Source of the DNA: Archaeoglobaceae archaeon
Lineage (GTDB): Archaea > Halobacteriota > Archaeoglobi > Archaeoglobales > Archaeoglobaceae
Assembly: GCA_027064525.1 (NCBI GenBank)
Contig: JAMOPJ010000041.1
Span: 19,690 to 83,689 of the forward strand
DNA length: 64,000 nucleotides
Direction of reading: 5' to 3'
In this document: piece by piece, positions 57,565 to 64,000 of the stretch
Layout: every line of letters begins with the position of its first letter
Numbering within the stretch: position 1 is the first letter of the stretch
Notes under the pieces: model-generated
Told to the model about the DNA's origin: nothing
What the model saw: the letters and a program-made list of their open reading frames with translations, nothing else
Databases searched by the model: none
Program-made: the position numbers and the translations under genes

Positions 57565-59026
57565 GCTTACAAGGGATAAGACTAAGGAAGTCATCTCAGC
57601 TTTCAAGAAGGCTTTGGAAATTGCCAACAAAATTAAGGAATGCAAAAAGGAGTTCGACGGTTTCGTTAAAGCTATAGGCGGAGAATTTGTTAGGCCAGCT
57701 CCCTCCGGCTCACTGACGAGAGGTAAGATTGAAATTTTGCCCACTGGCAGAAACTTCTTTGCAGTGGATCCTACTTCTCTCCCAACCAAATCGGCTTGGA
57801 AGGTTGGAGTAGAGACAGCAAACAAGCTGTTGAAGTATTATTTGGAGAAGCAGGGAAGGTATCCTGAAACGGTTGGGGAGTGGATCTGGAGTGTAGATGC
57901 ATACAAGGCTGATGGCGAGCAGATCGCTCAGATTCTATACCTACTGGGCGTGAAGCCAGTTTGGGTAAACGGAGCCGTTAAGGGTTTGGAGATCATCCCG
58001 CTTGAGGAGCTTAAGCGTCCTCGTATCGATGTGGTAGTGAGGATCAGCGGTATAGTTAGAGACACACTGCCGAATTACATATACATGATCGATGAAGCCG
58101 TTGCTAAAGTTGCGAGCTTGGATGAACCGTTGGAGATGAACTACGTCAGGAAGCACTTCTTGGAGCATATATCAAAGCTCAAGGATGAAGAATTGGCTTT
58201 GTGTAGGGTTTTTGGCTCTCCACCCGGTAGTTACGGAGCTGGAGTTAGCTATGCAGTGGAAGCTTCAGCTTGGCGGAGCAATGAAGATTTAGCTAAAACT
58301 TGGGTTCAGTGGAGTGGATACGCCTACACTCGCAAGCACTTCGGCAAGGAAGCGTTTGAAAGTCTAATCTTGAATTTAAGGAACGTGGATATCGTAACGA
58401 GAAATCATGTAAGCGACGAGCACGATATATTCAACTGCTGTTGCTATTTCTCGTATCACGGCGGATTTTACAACGCAGTTAAAGCATTGGGCAAAAATCC
58501 AGAAATCGTCGTTATTGATACAAAGGACATAAGCTCCACAGACGTTAGAAGCATGAAGGATGAAATAGAGAGAATCGTCAGGGCAAAGCTTCTCAATCCC
58601 GTTTGGATTTCTGAGATGAAGAAGCATGGCTATAGAGGTGCCAATGAATTCTCGAAGAAGATTCTGCATCTGTACGGCTGGTCTGCTACGACGAAGCTCG
58701 TCGATAAGTGGGTTTTTGATGAAATTGCAAAGACGTATGTGCTGGATGAAGGAATGAGAAGGTGGTTTGAAGAAAATAATGTTTATGCAGTTGAGGAGAT
58801 TGCAAGACGTTTAATCGAAGCCTATGAAAGAGGACTCTGGAAAGCAGATGATGAGCTAATAGAGAAGTTGAGAGAAGCTTATGCAGAAATAGAAGGGATT
58901 TTGGAAGATGAAATTGCTGGAGATGTTCAGGGTGGAGCAATTGAGATCTATACGATGAATGACGTTAAGAATTGGGAGCTAAATGCTAAAAAGGTGATAG
59001 AAGCATGGGTAAAGCTGAAGAAGTGA
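57557..59026 (+). CDS. cobN: CobN-type chelatase large subunit, C-terminal about 489-aa portion
   Basis: GGEFVRPAPSGSLTRGKIEILPTGRNFFAVDP is the conserved CobN/ChlH core motif. ATG 57557 overlaps the upstream stop, with GAGGTG 6 nt upstream. The ORF track start is GTG 57548. Confidence 0.8.
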   Translation: MLELTRDKTKEVISAFKKALEIANKIKECKKEFDGFVKAIGGEFVRPAPSGSLTRGKIEILPTGRNFFAVDPTSLPTKSAWKVGVETANKLLKYYLEKQGRYPETVGEWIWSVDAYKADGEQIAQILYLLGVKPVWVNGAVKGLEIIPLEELKRPRIDVVVRISGIVRDTLPNYIYMIDEAVAKVASLDEPLEMNYVRKHFLEHISKLKDEELALCRVFGSPPGSYGAGVSYAVEASAWRSNEDLAKTWVQWSGYAYTRKHFGKEAFESLILNLRNVDIVTRNHVSDEHDIFNCCCYFSYHGGFYNAVKALGKNPEIVVIDTKDISSTDVRSMKDEIERIVRAKLLNPVWISEMKKHGYRGANEFSKKILHLYGWSATTKLVDKWVFDEIAKTYVLDEGMRRWFEENNVYAVEEIARRLIEAYERGLWKADDELIEKLREAYAEIEGILEDEIAGDVQGGAIEIYTMNDVKNWELNAKKVIEAWVKLKK

Positions 59027-59131
59027 AGATCCTTATAATTTCAAAGCCTCGTAAGACTACTAAGGATATTAAGATTTTGCCACAAACTCGGATCTCGAAT
59101 TAGATGGAATGCTTGAGGGTGTGGTGATGTT

Positions 59132-61030
59132 ATGAAAGATTCAGAGAATCGTCCGATCTTCCCGTTTACAGCAATAGTGGGGCAAGAAAAAGCCAAATTG
59201 GCTTTGCTATGCAACGCTGTAAATCCGGCGATAGGTGGTGTTTTGCTCAGCGGTGATAAGGGAACCGGAAAATCGACTATGGTCAGAGCTTTAGCCGATG
59301 TATTGCCGGAGATAGAGGTAGTGAAAGGCTGTCCGTTCAACTGCAACCCGAACAACGAACTTGAGATGTGTGAGATTTGCAGGGAAAAGGCGCAGAAGGG
59401 TGAGATAGAGGTCGAAAGAAGAAAGATGAGGGTGGTGGATCTACCTTTGAGCGTTAGTGTGGATAGGCTCGTTGGAACCATAGACATTGAGAAGGCGCTT
59501 AAAGAAGGAATAAAAGCTTTACAGCCAGGCATATTGGCTGAAGCTAACAGAAACATCCTCTACATTGATGAAGTAAACCTCCTGGATGACTACATAGCAG
59601 ATATTTTGCTTGATGCCGCTGCAATGGGTTGGAACGTTATCGAAAGGGAGAGCGTGAGCTTGAGACATCCCTCTCGCTTTATTTTGGTCGGTAGCATGAA
59701 CCCAGAGGAGGGAGAACTTAGACCCCAAATTTTGGATAGATTCGGTCTTTACGTTCAAATCGAGGCTGTTAAGGACGTTGAGCAGAGGATGGAGATCGTT
59801 AGAAGGGTTGAAGAGTTTCAAGCCGATCCCATAGCCTTTAGAAATAAATTCGAGAAAGAGCAGAGAAAGCTTAGAGAGAGGATTGAAAGGGCGAGAGAGA
59901 TCGTTAACAGAGTTGAGATAGATGACGATCTGCTGAAGCTTTTGGTTAAGACGATTGTAGAGATGGGGATTAAAACCCATAGAGCGGAGATAGTTACCGT
60001 TAGAACTGCAAAAGCCATCGCTGCCTTAGATGGAAGAAAGAAGGTTAGCTTTGAAGATTTGAAGAAGGCTATGGAATTGGCTTTACCTCACAGGCTTAAA
60101 GATAAGCCTTTCGATTCAATTAAGCCTCCAGATATTTCGGATAGCGATGGCAAAGACAGCAAGGGAAATGATGATACCAGAAGAAATAACCATAAGCATA
60201 GGCATGATCATTCGCACACAAAGGCAGATACCAATTCAGGTATGGGTAACTCCAGTGCAGATGCTGGAATAAGCGACGTAAACATCGATATACCTAAGGG
60301 AGAAGATTTCAAAGCTGAAAGATCGTTTAGGGGTTCGAGGGATGAGAAAGCCGTCGTAATTGGGCACCCTCACGGATATCCGATTTCGAACGTGCCTTTC
60401 GATCGAATTATCGATGTGGACTTGGTTGCGACGATCCGATCGGCTTTGGTGAATGGTAGAAAACAGATCAAGCATGATGATATTAGAGTTAGAGTCAGAA
60501 AAACGAGATTACCGAGGCTTACGGTTATCATGCTTGATGCAAGCGGTTCTATGATTGCCATGAAGAGGATTGCGATTGCGAAGGGTATTGCGAAGAGATT
60601 GATTGAGAATAGCTACATCAAGAGAGACTTCTTATCGCTTATGGTGTTCCGAGGAAAATCGGCCGAGGTTTTGGTTCCTCCGACGAAGAAGTATTCGAAA
60701 GTCATGTCCGCCTTAGATGGAGTTAGGGTTGGCGGAAGAACGCCTCTGTCTTCGGCTCTTCTTACTCTATTGCAGTTATCGAGGGCTTTCAGACTTAAGA
60801 ATAAGAATTCAGTGGTTAGAGCTATACTAATTACGGATGGAAAGGCAAACACGCCTTTGAGATCGAGATCGATAAGAGATGAAATAGTTACGCTGGCCAA
60901 AGCGATCAAAAGAAATGAAATCAAGCTTGAAATTTATGATACGAGGAGAGGAATAATAGACCCCGCTCCCTCTTATATAGATCTGCTGAGTAAGATATTA
61001 GATGCCAAAATATATAAAATTAATAAATAG
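59132..61030 (+). CDS. chelatase ATPase subunit, ChlI-like AAA+ module fused to ChlD-like vWA domain
   Basis: [17 protein letters not shown], Walker [10 protein letters not shown], Cys motif CPFNC...CEIC, Walker [11 protein letters not shown] His-rich linker ([11 protein letters not shown]) follows, then vWA MIDAS (MLDASGSM). Confidence 0.85.
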   Translation: MKDSENRPIFPFTAIVGQEKAKLALLCNAVNPAIGGVLLSGDKGTGKSTMVRALADVLPEIEVVKGCPFNCNPNNELEMCEICREKAQKGEIEVERRKMRVVDLPLSVSVDRLVGTIDIEKALKEGIKALQPGILAEANRNILYIDEVNLLDDYIADILLDAAAMGWNVIERESVSLRHPSRFILVGSMNPEEGELRPQILDRFGLYVQIEAVKDVEQRMEIVRRVEEFQADPIAFRNKFEKEQRKLRERIERAREIVNRVEIDDDLLKLLVKTIVEMGIKTHRAEIVTVRTAKAIAALDGRKKVSFEDLKKAMELALPHRLKDKPFDSIKPPDISDSDGKDSKGNDDTRRNNHKHRHDHSHTKADTNSGMGNSSADAGISDVNIDIPKGEDFKAERSFRGSRDEKAVVIGHPHGYPISNVPFDRIIDVDLVATIRSALVNGRKQIKHDDIRVRVRKTRLPRLTVIMLDASGSMIAMKRIAIAKGIAKRLIENSYIKRDFLSLMVFRGKSAEVLVPPTKKYSKVMSALDGVRVGGRTPLSSALLTLLQLSRAFRLKNKNSVVRAILITDGKANTPLRSRSIRDEIVTLAKAIKRNEIKLEIYDTRRGIIDPAPSYIDLLSKILDAKIYKINK

Positions 61031-61087
61031 CTTTTGTGAGATCGCTTTCGCTACGTTAATATAGCTCCAAGATACGTTGTAAGCAAG

Positions 61088-61518
61088 ATGAAGAATATCG
61101 TTGTCCCAGTAGTCGTGGGCGTAGTATGTTTCTGGATAAATTTTACAATCCTGAGCTACCTATTTGCGAACTTCGAATGGACAATAAATGCTGTTTTCGG
61201 CAAGGGAAGCTGGTGGATTTATCAACCCATAGCAGTCAAGGCGATATACATGGCCGGAATAGCACCGATAGTAGAAGAGCTTATTCACAGAAGGTTGATC
61301 CTTCAAGCCTTTATCAACAAAAATTTGCCGATCTTGGGATTGATAGTTTCGAACATTACCTTCGGAATCCATCACATTCTGTTTGGTTGGGGCTGGCTTA
61401 AAGCTGTGGAGTCGGCTTGGTTTTTGGGATTGTATATTTTAAATACAAGTTCGCTGGAAGCTGGCTCTGCCATCTCTCGAACAACCTGATGTCAGTTCTG
61501 ATGATGATTCTTTCTTAG
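61088..61518 (+). pseudogene. CPBP-family (CAAX/Abi) intramembrane protease, frame shifted near 61400
   Basis: ORF 61088-61489 carries motif 1 (EELIHRR) and motif 2 (FGIHH). The third motif appears only in the other frame, open 61402-61518: ...GLVFGIVYFKYKFAGSWLCHLSNNL... (HxxxN). Confidence 0.55.
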
Positions 61519-62145
61519 CAGATAATACCTTTCTTGCCTGTCTTCTGAATCTCTAACACCAACTATCTCCAATTCGCCGAAATCCGGCTCCTCAAACTCC
61601 AAGCCGGTTTTCATCACAAAGAGTATTAGACCTTTGGGCTTGAGAAGGGGGACAAAACGAAACGTAGCCTTAAAGGCGGAAACGGGATCGAGGGTTAGAT
61701 CGCTCAAAATCACATCCAAGGGTTCGAGCTTTGAGATATCGAACTTGAAAGCGTCTTCTATGAAAACTTTGACGTTCTTCCGCTCGCGTTCTATCCTTCT
61801 AAGCACCCCCTCAAACTCCCTGCTAAACTCTATTCCGTAAACCTTCCCCCTCTCCCCAACCTTCTCGCTTACATATAGCAAAAATCCCCCAGCGCTGCTT
61901 CCCAAATCGAGGACTACATTTCCCTCTTTGATGATGTTCCAGCTCTCGTCCAACTTTTTCAGCTTCCAGTATCCCCTTGGCCTCTCTTCTGCAAGAACTT
62001 CTATCTCAGCTGATAGATTTACTTCTGCCGAAGGTTTGGTAATCGTTCGTCCATTAACTCTTACGAGTCCTCTCTTAATGAACTCCTTCGCCTTCGACCT
62101 GCTTGAAAAGTAACCCTTCAAAACGAGAAGCTTGTCGAGCCTCAT
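61492..62145 (-). CDS. TlyA-like S4-domain / FtsJ-type rRNA 2'-O-methyltransferase
   Basis: MRLDKLLV..G...SR.KA...I..G.V.VNG (S4 domain), then VVLDLGSSAGGF. ATG 62145 overlaps the kae1 stop (ATGA). Confidence 0.7.
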   Translation of the reverse strand: MRLDKLLVLKGYFSSRSKAKEFIKRGLVRVNGRTITKPSAEVNLSAEIEVLAEERPRGYWKLKKLDESWNIIKEGNVVLDLGSSAGGFLLYVSEKVGERGKVYGIEFSREFEGVLRRIERERKNVKVFIEDAFKFDISKLEPLDVILSDLTLDPVSAFKATFRFVPLLKPKGLILFVMKTGLEFEEPDFGELEIVGVRDSEDRQERYYLLRKNHHQN

Positions 62146-63113
62146 TCCCAATTGACTTCGACGCTCTCGATCCTAAAGTCGGGCTTAGCATAAGACTCCT
62201 CAATCGGAGTGACGTGCCCGTGCTTGAACATGAGCAAACCCGTGTAGGCTATCATCGCTCCATTATCACCCATTAGATGCTTTGGAGGTGCGTAAAACTT
62301 CGCTCCTCTATCCTCGCACATGATTCTAAGCATCTCTTGCAACCTCGAATTCGCTCCAACACCTCCCACGAGCAAAACCTCATCCAGATCCAAGTAAGCT
62401 AATGCCCTCTCCGTAACTTCCGTAAGCATTGCAAAGGCTGTCTCCTGAAAGCTGAAAGCAACATCTTCCTTGCTAACTCCGGAATCGAACAGCCTCTGAG
62501 CTGCGGTAACCATTCCGCTGAAGGAGAAGTCCATCCCCTTGACGACGTAAGGCAGTTCGTAGTAATTCTTGCCATTCTTCGCAAGCTGTTCTATCTTCGG
62601 CCCACCGGGATGCTTTAATCCCATGTGTCTTGCAAGCTTATCCAAAGCATTTCCAATACCAATATCGAGCGTCTCTCCGAAAACCCTGTATCTGTTACCC
62701 CTCCTCGCTATCACTTGGCTGTTTCCTCCACTCACATACAACGTTACTGGATTCTTCGCCTTCGTCTTCCATCTTCCGACTTCCACATGAGCCAAGCAGT
62801 GGTTTACTCCAACCAAAGGTCTGTTGAGCTTCAAAGCAAGAACCCTCGCAACAGTCGCGACTACTCTCAAGCAAGGGCCCATCCCCGGACCTTGGGAGAA
62901 CGCAATTACGTCGATCTCCTCTGGCGGAACTTTCTCAAATACCCTTTTTATCAGCTCTCCAATCTTCTCAGAGTGGTGCTGAGACGCTTCCCTCGGATGA
63001 ATACCTCCCTCTTTTGGAATGTAAGGATCGCTTTCCATCACTATGACGTCGTTTTCGTCAACTACCGCTACGCTCAAGCTCCAAGCTGTTCCTTCAATTC
63101 CGAGCGCCTTCAT
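62142..63113 (-). CDS. kae1: tRNA N6-adenosine threonylcarbamoyltransferase Kae1
   Basis: LGIEGTAW..SVAVV, GIHP..A..HH, GPGMGPCLRV, NHC.AH and GGV.AN. Not fused to Bud32. Confidence 0.9.
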   Translation of the reverse strand: MKALGIEGTAWSLSVAVVDENDVIVMESDPYIPKEGGIHPREASQHHSEKIGELIKRVFEKVPPEEIDVIAFSQGPGMGPCLRVVATVARVLALKLNRPLVGVNHCLAHVEVGRWKTKAKNPVTLYVSGGNSQVIARRGNRYRVFGETLDIGIGNALDKLARHMGLKHPGGPKIEQLAKNGKNYYELPYVVKGMDFSFSGMVTAAQRLFDSGVSKEDVAFSFQETAFAMLTEVTERALAYLDLDEVLLVGGVGANSRLQEMLRIMCEDRGAKFYAPPKHLMGDNGAMIAYTGLLMFKHGHVTPIEESYAKPDFRIESVEVNWE

Positions 63114-63125
63114 CTCAAAATCTGG

Positions 63126-63296
63126 CTAACCCTGCTTCTTGAATTCCGTATAACCGCACTTGCCGCAAGTTCTTCTGTCAGGGTGCTCAGCCAAGAAAAC
63201 TCCCTCACCGCATCTCGGACAGAACTTTCTCTTTCTAATGACCTTATCTCCCTTTATCTCGTAAAACCTCGAAACACATTCAGCCCCCTTAGCCAT
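63126..63296 (-). CDS. rps27ae: 30S ribosomal protein S27ae
   Basis: Not in the ORF track (56 aa). My translation is [56 protein letters not shown], a zinc ribbon CPRCG...CGKCG. Lies between S24e and kae1. Confidence 0.85.
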   Translation of the reverse strand: MAKGAECVSRFYEIKGDKVIRKRKFCPRCGEGVFLAEHPDRRTCGKCGYTEFKKQG

Positions 63297-63309
63297 TTTT
63301 TACACCTCC

Positions 63310-63627
63310 TTATTCTTCTCCACTCTCTCCTTCACCTTCCCCCTTACCTCCGAAGTTCCTCCTTATTATGTGATCATCCTCGATGCTCATAAGATCTTCA
63401 TGCGTATCGTAGATCTTAGCGTAGCATTTGGCCTCCTGCTTTCCGAATTCGGGTTTTATGTAGTCGATGATGATTCTGTCAAGCTCCGCGTTAAAAAGTC
63501 CGGCGATCTTCTCTCTCACCGCTTGTCTCGTTGGCGTAGCTCCCTCTCCCCAATAGACTATTTTGAGGTGAAGCTCCCTCCTTTTCAGCAAGGGGTTATA
63601 TCTGTCTTTCTCAACCAATATCTCCAT
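63310..63627 (-). CDS. rps24e: 30S ribosomal protein S24e
   Basis: MEILVEKDRYNPLLKRRELHLKI...ATPTR..VREKIA. Start taken at ATG 63627. Confidence 0.9.
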   Translation of the reverse strand: MEILVEKDRYNPLLKRRELHLKIVYWGEGATPTRQAVREKIAGLFNAELDRIIIDYIKPEFGKQEAKCYAKIYDTHEDLMSIEDDHIIRRNFGGKGEGEGESGEE

Positions 63628-64000
63628 CAGACCACCTCCTAAGCTTATCAAGCGTTTCACCACCTAAAATTTCCATCCTACTAACCAGACCAAATATTTC
63701 TACTTTTTTCTCTCGGTTTACAGCTATCGCAACGACTCCTCTCTTCGGTTGACCGTAAACGATTAAAGAGCCTTTTGGAAGCATGATGGCGAGTGGCATA
63801 ACTGCCAAATCTTCCTCGCCATTTACAAATATTCTAACCCTGCTCCCCGATTTTACTAGTTCGATAGCTTGAAAAATTTTCTCGACGAGATCTTCGGTTA
63901 TGTGCCCTGCTGGATTCTCAGCTTTAATCGATTCGTAATCCGATGTAGCTTCATTAATTTCAGCCATAATTGCATCATCCAAAGATCTTCTTATACTCTT
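63611..64000 (-). CDS. DUF359-family protein (GTP-dependent dephospho-CoA kinase type), 5' end outside the window
   Basis: ENPAGHITEDL and VNGEEDLAVMPLAI...GSLIVYGQP..G.V match the family pattern. The frame stays open to position 64000, so the TTG at 63982 is probably not the true start. Confidence 0.65.
   Translation of the reverse strand, partial: KSIRRSLDDAIMAEINEATSDYESIKAENPAGHITEDLVEKIFQAIELVKSGSRVRIFVNGEEDLAVMPLAIMLPKGSLIVYGQPKRGVVAIAVNREKKVEIFGLVSRMEILGGETLDKLRRWSDGDIG

Noticed and set aside
51737-61518. Genomic island integrated at tRNA-Cys carrying the chelatase/ABC cluster.
   Set aside because: There is no integrase, and I could find no duplicated tRNA 3' fragment. My hand GC counts for the cluster (about 28-45% per line) are not clearly separable from the rest of the window. 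It is kept only as a question under the copy-3 finding.

Overview
This 64-kb window is densely coding (about 90%) and looks like chromosome from a hyperthermophilic euryarchaeon. I place it near the Archaeoglobales, but only from my recollection of Rio2, ADH-synthase, Trm10 and FtsZ sequences; no search was run. Supporting gene content is DNA gyrase B, methanopterin-pathway genes, PolD, an archaeosortase and Alba. Hand-counted lines give a GC content in the mid-40s %.

I call about 78 protein genes and two tRNAs, Gln-CUG and Cys-GCA. I saw no rRNA, CRISPR array, transposase or integrase.

The core content is housekeeping:
- the ribosomal/translation superoperon L39e-L31e-eIF6-LX-prefoldin alpha-FtsY
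- S19e, and S24e-S27ae-Kae1
- RpoL-Csl4, RNase P Rpp21, purB, hisA/hisB, gyrB, tatC, trkA and PolD DP1

The less ordinary content is:
1. An FtsZ/tubulin homologue whose GTP-binding signature motifs are lost while the T7 aspartates are kept.
2. A 40-57 nt intergenic sequence present three times, once inverted directly after tRNA-Cys.
3. A hairpin of about 73% GC with its own TATA box, immediately upstream of GMP synthase subunit A.
4. A translationally coupled archaeosortase-Psd-PssA operon.
5. A transglutaminase / polytopic membrane protein / MoxR operon without the usual DUF58 partner.
6. A class I (CobN + ChlI/ChlD-fusion) chelatase cluster with a split cobN, a tandem-duplicated substrate-binding protein and no ABC ATPase.
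7. A hydantoinase-like + radical SAM/SPASM gene pair.
8. A very AT-rich islet with a disrupted gene next to a DUF4143 ATPase.
9. Three or four reading-frame disruptions, all confined to accessory genes.

All product calls rest on motif recognition by eye, not on database searches. Start codons are often uncertain by a few codons.
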